In this document: positions 1 through 8,771 of the stretch, piece by piece | How positions within the stretch are numbered: the first letter of the stretch is position 1 | Layout of the letters: each line of letters begins with the position of its first letter | Source of the DNA: Nitrospinales bacterium | GTDB lineage: Bacteria > Nitrospinota > Nitrospinia > Nitrospinales > VA-1 | Direction of reading: 5' to 3' | Assembly (NCBI GenBank): GCA_965223345.1 | Contig: CBDCWG010000012.1 | Coordinates: forward strand, 1,056,001 to 1,120,000 | DNA length: 64,000 nucleotides | Position numbers and translations under genes: made by a program | Notes under the pieces: model-generated | What the model was told of the DNA's origin: nothing | The model's input: only the letters and a program-made list of their open reading frames with translations | Database searches by the model: none

Positions 1-1305
1 GCTCAACAGCACAATACCAGCCACTGCGGAAAAAACCGATGCTAAGAAGATGCCCAATTTGGCGGTGTTGATTAGGCTGGGGCTGAAAGCCAGGCTGGCA
101 ATAAACAGTGCCATGGTAAAGCCGATACCCGCGAGCAGACCACCGCCAGCCAATAACCTCAAATTGAGATCCGGAGGGCGTACCGCAATGCCCGTTCGCA
201 GTGCCAGCCAACTGAAGCTCAGGACACCAATGGGTTTGCCAAGAGCGAATCCCACAAACACAGCAATGGTGACGGAGTTACCAATATCAGCGAAAGATAT
301 TGGCATCCCGGCGTTTGCAAATGCAAATAGTGGCATGATGGCAAAGGCGACCCATGGGTGCAACATCAACTCCAATTGTTCCACCGGAGACAGCGTTTCC
401 CGCGCCGCAGCCTCCGCCATTCGCAATGCCTTGCGATCCTCTGTATCACCACTCCAGTGATCGCCGGGTGGATACGCAACCACTCGATCTAGGATGGCAT
501 GCAAGCGCCTGTCGCTGACCCATCTTTCGGTGGGTGTCATCAAGCCAAGAATAACTCCAGTAACGGTCGGGTGGATCCCGGATGCATCCACCGCAAGCCA
601 GATCATACCGCCCACGAGAAAATAGACAGGAATACTGCGAACGCCAAGCAGTGCCATTCCGCGTACGATAGCAAAGCCAACTACGGCCAGAGCAAACGCC
701 TCCCAGCTGATTTGACTACCGTAGCCGATGGCTACAACCAGAATAGCGCCGATATCGTCAACAATCGCCAACGACAGCATAAAGACGCGCAGACTTTGGG
801 GTATTCGCGATCCCAGCAGTGCCAGACAACCGATAACAAATGCGGTGTCGGTCGCCATCACTGTTCCCCAACCATTTTGGCCGGGTTGACCTGATTGTAG
901 TATCAGGTAAAAGACGGCAGGCACGAGCATTCCACCCAAGGCAGCCATGATGGACAGCGCAGCCATACGTGGCTTGCGTAGTTCACCCAGTACCAGTTCC
1001 CGCTTGAGTTCCAGGGCGACAAGGAAAAAAAACAAAGTCATCAAAGCGTCGTTGATCCATTCCCGTACCGAACGTGTGAACTCTAGCGAGCCGAACTGAA
1101 TACCCACAGGTGTTTCCCAAAAATTAAAATAATGATGGCTCCAGGGTAAGTTTGATATAACCAACGCTGCAATGGTAAAAAGCAGAAGAACGCAACCGGA
1201 AGCGACCTCAATGCGTAAGAATCGTGTCAACGGATTGGTCAGCCAATCAACGAGTTCTGGGGGGAGTCGAGGAATTTTTACCTTAACTTGCTGATCTTCA
1301 CTCAT
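1..1305 (-). CDS. nhaA: Na+/H+ antiporter NhaA (3' end runs off the window)
   Basis: Manual translation from ATG 1305 (MSEDQQVK...) gives WINDALMTLFFFLVALELKRE, MATDTAF, LAIVDDIGAI, PLFAFANAG, GIGFTMALFI; missing from the ORF track because its stop is outside the window. Confidence 0.93.
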   Translation of the reverse strand, partial: MSEDQQVKVKIPRLPPELVDWLTNPLTRFLRIEVASGCVLLLFTIAALVISNLPWSHHYFNFWETPVGIQFGSLEFTRSVREWINDALMTLFFFLVALELKRELVLGELRKPRMAALSIMAALGGMLVPAVFYLILQSGQPGQNGWGTVMATDTAFVIGCLALLGSRIPQSLRVFMLSLAIVDDIGAILVVAIGYGSQISWEAFALAVVGFAIVRGMALLGVRSIPVYFLVGGMIWLAVDASGIHPTVTGVILGLMTPTERWVSDRRLHAILDRVVAYPPGDHWSGDTEDRKALRMAEAAARETLSPVEQLELMLHPWVAFAIMPLFAFANAGMPISFADIGNSVTIAVFVGFALGKPIGVLSFSWLALRTGIAVRPPDLNLRLLAGGGLLAGIGFTMALFIASLAFSPSLINTAKLGIFLASVFSAVAGIVLLS

Positions 1306-1540
1306 ATTGGCTGTCCTTGAAAAATATTCCATCGCCCGGAGGCTTTGTGAAGGGCCTTCATAGGAGGAGAAAGTTTGTAGAAGGGAGGGTTATGGGGGGC
1401 GTTGGAAGTGTTTATATGGTTCCCTATAATGCTCCGAATTCTGTGTCGAGTCCCGTATAGGATATATGAAAAAAAGAGATTCGATTGTTTCTCGCGGGGG
1501 TTTTTATATGGGCACCACACTGGTGGCCTGTAGATCCTTA

Positions 1541-1732
1541 TCAAAGACCATTTTTTAATATTTTCGCGGCATCTTGATAGGCATGTTTTTCTCCATCAGC
1601 AAATTCATATTTATAATACTCAAATTTTGTACCAGCAGTTTTTCTACGTTTTTCAGCCTCCTCCGCTAGCTGGGTGAAATTGTCAATTAATTCTTGCAAA
1701 ACCTCTTTCTCTGTTTTTGTGGATTCGGTCAT
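1541..1732 (-). CDS. small hypothetical protein (63 aa, helical/charged)
   Basis: ORF with GGAGGG SD 8 nt upstream of ATG. Confidence 0.6.
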   Translation of the reverse strand: MTESTKTEKEVLQELIDNFTQLAEEAEKRRKTAGTKFEYYKYEFADGEKHAYQDAAKILKNGL

Positions 1733-1740
1733 TTTTAATA

Positions 1741-1840
1741 CCCTCCATATAAAGGTTGGTAGTTGATTGCCTGTAAAGGCGGAGAAGAAAAAATGTCTTC
1801 TTCAACTCTACAGGCAAAATTCATCAACTAAGTGGGAGGG
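1741..1840 (-). promoter_or_regulatory. long stem-loop that can sequester the SD of ORF 1541-1732
   Basis: On the minus strand CCCTCC (1835-1840) complements SD GGAGGG (1741-1746); inner stems TAGTTGAT/ATCAACTA and TGCCTGTAGAG/CTTTACAGGCA. Confidence 0.5.
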
Positions 1841-1843
1841 AGA

Positions 1844-1978
1844 TCAGTTATTTTGATATTTGACCCACGCCAATTTTAGAAGTCCTATTGGATTGGGCCA
1901 GCAATCTATTAGAGTAATAACAAGAATGCCCATCACGGTAATTCCTGTTAGGCCTGCCATTAACATAGTTGCATCCAT
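1844..1978 (-). CDS. small single-TM hydrophobic peptide (44 aa)
   Basis: MDATMLMAGLTGITVMGILVITLIDCWPNP...; AGGAG SD upstream of ATG 1978. Confidence 0.5.
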   Translation of the reverse strand: MDATMLMAGLTGITVMGILVITLIDCWPNPIGLLKLAWVKYQNN

Positions 1979-2239
1979 AATAATATCTCCTGAACATATA
2001 CCATATCTAAACAGCATGACTAGCATGCTGGGTCCATGAGTATCTTTATTGAATTAAGCTCATGCCGGTTTCCTCACATAAGTCGATTTTTTTTAAAATT
2101 AAATTCAATAATAGTAAGATGCTATTCATGACTGAAGGGGTTTATTAATTAGCATATATTTCTCTTAAACATGATTTATTTCATATTAGAAAAAACACCC
2201 TCTGGTCCATTCAATTAATGACTTGTGCTCAATAATTCT

Positions 2240-2410
2240 TCAGACTATCGAGTTGATGGCGATCAGCCGCAATGCGTATCCTTGCAGAGAAATCGAAATG
2301 GCTGAAAGGCTGACAGGGAAAAAGGAGTTTGGCCGGTTCAGGGAAATTCCTAATACAATAAAATTAAGAATCATTGAAGTGACCAGGATATAAAAAGCCT
2401 GAAATTCCAT
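2240..2410 (-). CDS. small two-TM membrane protein (56 aa)
   Basis: MEFQAFYILVTSMILNFIVLGISL...; GAGG SD before ATG 2410. Confidence 0.5.
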   Translation of the reverse strand: MEFQAFYILVTSMILNFIVLGISLNRPNSFFPVSLSAISISLQGYALRLIAINSIV

Positions 2411-2471
2411 CTTACCCTCTTTGAGAATAGTTCTCCTTCGCTCAAAATAACCTCCACTTGCGGAAGGGGTA

Positions 2472-2783
2472 TCAACTATTTTTCGTTGGCTTAAAGGAAG
2501 GCAGTGCATTCATTTTCCGGTCAATCCCCTTAACGGTTAATTGGATGTCATTGACCGAGGATTCGATGTAGCCCAACAATCTTTTCACATTGTTTACTTC
2601 GTCAAGACTTTTGATCGAGTTTTTCATGGCCAAAGAACAGTCGGAATCATTATTGTCTCCAGAGATTGCGGTAACTTCCTTTGCATCCACGTCAGGAGGC
2701 TGAATCAATGGATTTAACCAATTAAATAATAAAACACCTATTAAAAGAATCATCAAAAATTTTATATTGCGATTTAGGGCCAT
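2472..2783 (-). CDS. hypothetical protein with N-terminal TM/signal and coiled-coil-like C-terminus
   Basis: GGAG SD before ATG 2783; hydrophobic FLMILLIGVLLF. Confidence 0.55.
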   Translation of the reverse strand: MALNRNIKFLMILLIGVLLFNWLNPLIQPPDVDAKEVTAISGDNNDSDCSLAMKNSIKSLDEVNNVKRLLGYIESSVNDIQLTVKGIDRKMNALPSFKPTKNS

Positions 2784-3087
2784 CGTTTTCTCCAATACTA
2801 GTTTAAGGTGTGGAACTGCGATCTGCCCAGAATGGTTCCACCGGTTATTCTATTTGCATTAATGCCGGGAAGACCTTGCACACCACATAGCCTGTTTTTG
2901 CTTTTTTAATTTTTTGTTTTTTCTTGATGTGAGATTTCATAAATAAGCGCCTGCGTTTAAGTTCTTTAAATAAATCTTCCTTATTGAGTTGGTGTTTAAA
3001 AAACTTTCAACGCTTGATCGACCTGATTTTGACAAACGATTGCTTGAATAAAACGACCTCCAAATTATAAGAGCATGATGTTCCAGA

Positions 3088-3252
3088 CTATTTTTGAGTG
3101 TTAATGGATTTTAACCATGACTTTCCTTTTCCCTTTTTTCTCCTGAAATTAGCAGGTGTCTCCAATTGCTTTTTAGTGCGCAGATTCAATTTTTCTACCG
3201 AGATCACTTTTTTTAAAATTCCGGAACTGTCGTACACCTTAACTTCATTCAT
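3088..3252 (-). CDS. small basic hypothetical protein (54 aa)
   Basis: MNEVKVYDSSGILKKVIS...; GAGGT SD before ATG 3252. Confidence 0.55.
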   Translation of the reverse strand: MNEVKVYDSSGILKKVISVEKLNLRTKKQLETPANFRRKKGKGKSWLKSINTQK

Positions 3253-3796
3253 AAAATTACCTCGCATTAACATGTTTATTCCCTGAATTAACGGGCCAAA
3301 AAAATCCACTCCAAAAAGGAGTGGCAGAAATATAATGTCCTTTACGATTTTTTGAAGTCTTCCACCGAGAGAGTTACCAATAGGAAGGTAATTTCAGGGT
3401 ACTCTTCTCAGTCAAGATAACAAGGAGAGTTATATTATTTATTTTTAATGTTCTCCATAAGTCAACCATTGGTAGGGAAAGACAGTGAATTCGGTTGAAT
3501 TTGCTCGTTTCAATTTCCCACTTTAGATATAAAATTAGGGCATTTCCAGTATCCATGCTATGCTGATTAAGTAAAAGAAGGGTTGTTCAGTTGCAGTGTA
3601 AGTTTTTCCTTCTAGTTTCTCGCCTAGAGAAGAGCTGTAAATACCATTTGGCCTAGCAGGCCAAGGGAAGCTTTGTTTTCCTCGAAGTGTCTCTCTAAAA
3701 GTTCCTGCATAAATCCAACCCTATTCAAAAACAGGGAAGACATTATCCTTTTTTTCTGGAAGTGCATTCCCTATCAATGGCAGGAGAATATTTATT

Positions 3797-3997
3797 ATGT
3801 CAACAGGAACGGTAAAATGGTTTAACGAAGGCAAGGGTTATGGGTTTATTGAATCCGAGAGCGGCAAAGATCTCTTTGTTCATTACTCCGAAATTCAAGG
3901 GGACGGTTTTAAGACTCTAGCAGAAGGCCAGTCGGTCGAGTTTGAAGAAAGTATGGGCCAGAAAGGTCCCTGTGCCACCAAGGTGGCATCCAAATAA
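3797..3997 (+). CDS. cold-shock protein (CspA family)
   Basis: GTVKWFN, KGYGFI (RNP1), LFVHYS (RNP2); AGGAG SD. Confidence 0.97.
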   Translation: MSTGTVKWFNEGKGYGFIESESGKDLFVHYSEIQGDGFKTLAEGQSVEFEESMGQKGPCATKVASK

Positions 3998-4065
3998 GAA
4001 CCTCCGGACATCATCCGGCAGAAATTTGGCTCTGCCGGAGTCTCCTCCGCCCCATATTTATGTGT

Positions 4066-4100
4066 AAGGGCTCGGCCAAATGGCCGAGCCCTTTTTCTTT
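4066..4100 (+). terminator. rho-independent terminator after csp
   Basis: AAGGGCTCGGCCA-AA-TGGCCGAGCCCTT followed by a T-rich run. Confidence 0.8.
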
Positions 4101-4118
4101 TTATAAAAAGGAGAAAAG

Positions 4119-5294
4119 ATGAATGTGCTCCATATAGCAACCCTAAACCGGCCCATCAGGCAGGATTTGGGTTACGGTCCTATCGAAACGGTTATTTACA
4201 ACATCGATAAGGGGCTGCATAAATTAGGTCACCGTTCGATTGTTGCCTGTTCAGGGGATTCCCGTGTTGTTGGAGAACAGTTCACGACGATTGAAAATAG
4301 TTTCAGTGAGTACTGCACGACGGACACACGCGTGAAGCAGGAATATATGCGCAAACATATTGTCATGTCACTTGAAAGAGCACAAAAGGGTGACATTGAT
4401 GTCATTCACATGCACGATGCCGACATGACTGAATATATTTTTAATGGAGTTTGCAAAAGTCCCGTTCCCATTGTGATGACGCTCCATGTTCCTGCAGAAG
4501 ACCATGAAGGATTCTCGCGTTGGAATAAAACGCTCGATTCTTCTTCCAGCGCATATTTTGTCCCAATAAGTGAATTCCAGAGAAAGCAGCATCAAGGGTT
4601 AGTCAACGCGCAGAAAGTCATTCATCACGGCATTGATGTGGAAGACTATCCATTCAAAAGCAATACCGGCAAACAAGACTATTTATTCTCGATCGGCAGA
4701 ATCACCCAAGATAAAGGACAGGACAAGGCCATTGAGATTGCGAAAAAATCTGGTTCCAGGCTGATCCTTGCCGGCAATGTCCAGAATAAGGCAAAAGACC
4801 GGGCATTTTTCAGGCAATTAAATAAATCATTCGACCTTGTGGTTGATGCTGAAATACCTTCCGCCGGTAGCGATTATTATGAAAGAATCATGAAACCCAT
4901 TCTAGATTCAGACAAGCAGATCATTTATATCGGAGAAGTTGATAGCGTTCAGAAAAAGATGTGGTATCAGCACGCGCGGGCGACTCTCTTTCCTATTCAG
5001 TGGGGCGAACCGTTTGGGCTAGTGTTGATTGAATCCATGGCCTGCGGCACTCCGGTGTTGGCCTTTCGTAATGGATCGGTGCCAGAAATCGTTATTCATG
5101 GGAAAACGGGCTTCGTCGTGGATTCAATCAATGACATGATCAGGGCCGTAAGAGCAATTCAACTAATCGATCCCAATTACTGCCGTAAACACATTAAAGA
5201 TAATTTCTCAATCGCCAGTATGGCGGAAAGATATTCCAAGCTGTATCAATGGATTGGAGATGAAAAGACTTTATGCCTAAAGACATCCCCGTAA
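4119..5294 (+). CDS. glycosyltransferase family 4
   Basis: YGPIE N-terminus, HHGID, GRITQDKG, EPFGLVLIESMACGTPV (EX7E). Confidence 0.93.
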   Translation: MNVLHIATLNRPIRQDLGYGPIETVIYNIDKGLHKLGHRSIVACSGDSRVVGEQFTTIENSFSEYCTTDTRVKQEYMRKHIVMSLERAQKGDIDVIHMHDADMTEYIFNGVCKSPVPIVMTLHVPAEDHEGFSRWNKTLDSSSSAYFVPISEFQRKQHQGLVNAQKVIHHGIDVEDYPFKSNTGKQDYLFSIGRITQDKGQDKAIEIAKKSGSRLILAGNVQNKAKDRAFFRQLNKSFDLVVDAEIPSAGSDYYERIMKPILDSDKQIIYIGEVDSVQKKMWYQHARATLFPIQWGEPFGLVLIESMACGTPVLAFRNGSVPEIVIHGKTGFVVDSINDMIRAVRAIQLIDPNYCRKHIKDNFSIASMAERYSKLYQWIGDEKTLCLKTSP

Positions 5295-7237
5295 GTAATG
5301 GGTCCTTTCATTTGAATTTTGATTCGGATTATCAGATCCGAGACATTTATTTCCCATTTATCGGGCAGGAAAACCATTCAAGCGGAAATCCTTTCCGCTT
5401 CGGCGTTTGGGCGGATGGACAACATTCGTGGATGGGACCGGAATGGAAAAAAGATTTAAGATATCATAATGATAGTCTTGTGACGGATGTTGTTCTAAAA
5501 AATGAGGCTTTGGGCTTGGAGCTCCGATGCTCGGATGTGGTGGATTTGGATTTGAACATCTACCTCAAAAAGATCGAGGTGTCCAACCTCAAAGACAAAC
5601 CCCGTAAAGTCCGGCTCTTTTTCAGTCATGACTTCTATCTTTATGGGAATGACATTGGAGGCACGGCTTATTTTGATCCCCGGAGTTGTTCGCTCATCCA
5701 TTATAAAATGCACCGGTATTTTCTGATCAGCTGTTGGGCGCACGACCAATGGGGGGTCAAACATTTTGCCTGCGGAAATAGAAAGACTTCGGAAAGTTTG
5801 GAGACCGTTAAAGAGGCAGAGAACGGGGAACTTAGCGGGGAAGCCTCCGCATGGGGCTCGCCTCATTCCACCATTGGCATCTGGCTGGAATTGCCCGCCA
5901 AGGGGAAAACGACCGCTTATTATTGGATAGCGGCGGGCACGAGATATCCCGAAGTCGCAAAGCTAAATCTGGAAGTCCACAAAACCACGCCGGAAGAACT
6001 CTTCAACCGCTCGTCGAAATACTGGAAAACTTGGGTACATAACGATTCCCGGGAGTTTCTATGCCTTCCCAAATCCGTGACCGACGTATTTAGCCGAAGT
6101 CTGCTTATATTGAGAACACAAATTGACAACCACGGTGCCATTATTGCCGCCAATGATTCTGATATTATACGCTTTGGAAAAGACACTTATTCGTATATGT
6201 GGGGGCGGGATGGTGCTTTTGTCGCCGCCGCTTTAGCTAAAGCCGGGTACTCGCATGCGTGCATGAAATATTTTGACTTTTGCGCCCGAGTTTTATCCGA
6301 TGAAGGCTATTTATTCCAGCATTACAATCCGGATGGATCCCTTGCCAGTAATTGGCATTCATGGTTGGTCGCTGGCAAAGAGGTCCTTCCCATCCAGGAA
6401 GATTCAACCGCTTTGACTCTTTGGGCGCTTTGGATACACTACCAGAGTTTGAATGACGTAGAATTTATCAGGCCCCTCTACGGCACGCTGATTAAAAAAG
6501 CGGCAGACTTTTTAGTCAGTTACCGGGACCCTCAAACGTTGTTGCCTTTACCTTCCTATGATCTTTGGGAAGAGCGATATGCACTGCACGCCTATACGGT
6601 TGCATCCGTGATCGCCGGTCTCAGAGCCGCTGCGAATTTTGCGAATCTTTTTCAAGACACTTCCCTGGCTGAGAAATATGACTCCGTGGCCGATGAAATG
6701 ACTGGAGGAATCAACCAGCACCTTTACCATGACGGCCTGAATCGTTTTGCCCGTTCAGGCTCCAGAGTGGATGAGGGTTATAAACTTGATGAAGTCATTG
6801 ACATCAGTCTGTTGAGCTTGGCAACTCTTGGGATTTTGGCCCCTAAAGATCCGCGAATGATTGAAACAGCCACAGCTGTGCGCGAGCAGTTGTGGCTTAA
6901 AACTTCTGTTGGAGGTTGCGCCAGATACCAGGGTGATGTCTATCAGCGTGCGGAGGATAGCCCAAAAGACATTCCCGGAAATCCATGGTTTATCGCAACA
7001 CTTTGGCTGGCGGAATATTATATCGATCAAGCAGAGAGTCAGCAGCAACTTCAAGCGACCCTTCCTTATCTTGAATGGTGTGGAAAAAATGCCCTTCCTT
7101 CCGGAGTGCTTGCCGAGCAGGTACATCCCGTAAGCGGTTCACCTCTTTGTGTGTCGCCTCTCACTTGGAGCCATTCCGCCTTTGTTTGGACTGTTCTGCG
7201 ATACACAGAAAAGGACAAGACACTTAGTAAGCAATAG
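5273..7237 (+). CDS. glycoside hydrolase family 15 (glucoamylase/oligosaccharide amylase-like)
   Basis: YSYMWGRDG, SYDLWEE, LAEQV, PLTWSH motifs; overlaps the GT4 end. Confidence 0.92.
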   Translation: MPKDIPVSNGSFHLNFDSDYQIRDIYFPFIGQENHSSGNPFRFGVWADGQHSWMGPEWKKDLRYHNDSLVTDVVLKNEALGLELRCSDVVDLDLNIYLKKIEVSNLKDKPRKVRLFFSHDFYLYGNDIGGTAYFDPRSCSLIHYKMHRYFLISCWAHDQWGVKHFACGNRKTSESLETVKEAENGELSGEASAWGSPHSTIGIWLELPAKGKTTAYYWIAAGTRYPEVAKLNLEVHKTTPEELFNRSSKYWKTWVHNDSREFLCLPKSVTDVFSRSLLILRTQIDNHGAIIAANDSDIIRFGKDTYSYMWGRDGAFVAAALAKAGYSHACMKYFDFCARVLSDEGYLFQHYNPDGSLASNWHSWLVAGKEVLPIQEDSTALTLWALWIHYQSLNDVEFIRPLYGTLIKKAADFLVSYRDPQTLLPLPSYDLWEERYALHAYTVASVIAGLRAAANFANLFQDTSLAEKYDSVADEMTGGINQHLYHDGLNRFARSGSRVDEGYKLDEVIDISLLSLATLGILAPKDPRMIETATAVREQLWLKTSVGGCARYQGDVYQRAEDSPKDIPGNPWFIATLWLAEYYIDQAESQQQLQATLPYLEWCGKNALPSGVLAEQVHPVSGSPLCVSPLTWSHSAFVWTVLRYTEKDKTLSKQ

Positions 7238-7249
7238 TTATAAATTCCC

Positions 7250-7400
7250 CGTCGGTAAAGATCCGAGATAATGCCCAGCGTTTCACCAAGCTCTAGAATA
7301 TTCAGCTTTCTTCTGATAACGTATTGATCCTGAGTCATGGGTTTCTCCTTTAAGGTTAAGGTTCTTCGTCGAACTTATCTTAACCGGGAAACCCTGACTC
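7250..7400 (-). pseudogene. IS481-family transposase 5' remnant
   Basis: MTQDQYVIRRKLNILELGETLGIISD resembles IS481 transposase N-termini, then similarity ends; SD and ATG lie in a hairpin (7332-7400). Confidence 0.65.
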
Positions 7401-8028
7401 TTCCTACTTATCGAGCCTAATCCTGTAAACGCTTTTCTCTAGCTGGTCATATAATCGGTTTCGACCGCATAGTGCCTTTGGATATCGGCCTCCAGCTCCG
7501 GAAGCCATTCAACCTCAAAAAGTCGGAACTCTAACTTAGAAACTGGTACAACTTACAGGGGCAGGTCAGAGCGACGAGTCCAATGAAAAAGTGGCCGGGG
7601 GTAGCCCCCAAACCACCAAACGTTCAGATGACCCTACCCACTCAGAAAAATTTTTGGATTTTCATGGGCGCATAGGTGATCAATATGTTTGTAAAAAACA
7701 CAACTTTTATTTCTTCAAGAAGAACCCCGCAAGTCCTTATTAGGCCGCGGTTAGCGCGATTCCTTGAGGGCCATGAAGGGCGATTTATCGCTGCTACAGT
7801 AATTAACATCAATTGATAGGGATTGTAGGAGTGTTTCTCTTCGTGCGACGCGCGTTGTAGGATGTTTCGCAAGCTTAACGTGGGGATCGAGCTATGGAGA
7901 GTTGGGCGCGACGAGTGTTTTGGGGCACAGCCTGGCCTCGTCAGGTCCGCTATGATCGCCTTAAAGATGGAATTGGTTGTCAACGAAGTGAAGGGTTTCG
8001 ACAACAATTTAAGAAGTATGTATAAACC

Positions 8029-8149
8029 CTAACAGATCGAACAGAAGAACAGAAGAATTCTATTCTTTGAAAAATACGCGATTCTTAATTCCTGTTAATA
8101 AAAATATATAGGCAATAGAAAAGTTCTGTTCTTCTGTTCGTTCTGTTAG
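8029..8149. repeat. 36-bp imperfect inverted repeats (three AACAGA hexamers per arm) flanking a 49-bp AT-rich spacer; candidate replication origin
   Basis: 8029-8064 CTAACAGATCGAACAGAAGAACAGAAGAATTCTATT versus reverse complement of 8114-8149 CTAACAGAACGAACAGAAGAACAGAACTTTTCTATT (32/36). Confidence 0.85.
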
Positions 8150-8162
8150 CTGAAAGCTCCCC

Positions 8163-8561
8163 TTATAAGGGGGAGCTTATTACCTGAATCAATTCATGCT
8201 TAACTGGTCCCCCTCCATCACCGATTTTACTTTCCCATGCTTTAACCATGAAATCCTTCTCAGCATCTGTGGGTTCTTCCTTCCAATAAACAGTCAACTC
8301 CCCCTTATGATCGTGGAGTTTTTTTACCTTATGAAGAAAACGATGATTTTCTATATCCTCGATCGCAGCAATGTAGCCTATAACCCGACTCAGGCGGTGT
8401 AAATCTCCTCCACCTTGAGTATAAACACACAGTTCAATTTCACCGCCATAAAGTTTATAGTCATGATATTCATCGCCCCTACCTTCGGGAAAATCCATCA
8501 CCTCAATTCCATAGGTGTTGTATAAAAGATTTGCATCTATCTCTTTTTTTGCATCAAACAT
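8163..8561 (-). CDS. hypothetical protein (132 aa, LHDHKGELTVYW motif)
   Basis: AAGGAG SD; stop codon embedded in hairpin AAGCTCCCC...GGGGAGCTT (8154-8178). Confidence 0.75.
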   Translation of the reverse strand: MFDAKKEIDANLLYNTYGIEVMDFPEGRGDEYHDYKLYGGEIELCVYTQGGGDLHRLSRVIGYIAAIEDIENHRFLHKVKKLHDHKGELTVYWKEEPTDAEKDFMVKAWESKIGDGGGPVKHELIQVISSPL

Positions 8562-8692
8562 TGTATCTACTCCTTATTTCCTACCTTAAAAAGGTATCGT
8601 TAGTTTTTATAACATTTGCTACTGCTGTTGCGATAAACGGTCATTCATCTAAAAGTATCGCTATTTGTAATCTACTCTTTAGGGTCAGCCTG

Positions 8693-8732
8693 TGAGCTTG
8701 TAAAAAGCGTATAACCGCTTTTCACAAGCTCA
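8693..8732. repeat. 17-bp inverted repeat/hairpin downstream of the primase gene
   Basis: TGAGCTTGTAAAAAGCG-TATAAC-CGCTTTTCACAAGCTCA (16/17). Confidence 0.7.
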
Positions 8733-8771
8733 TCAAGCATTACAATGCAATCTGTGAAGTAAAATTTGGCC

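Noticed and set aside
50..894. Plus-strand ORFs 50-460 and 499-894
   Set aside because: Antisense shadows of nhaA, which occupies 1-1305 on the minus strand
7642..8007. 121-aa minus-strand ORF
   Set aside because: Non-ATG start, no clear SD, no recognisable motif or protein-like composition
8029..8149. Repeats considered as a CRISPR array
   Set aside because: Short inverted hexamers without unique spacers; no cas genes or CRISPR array seen anywhere in the window
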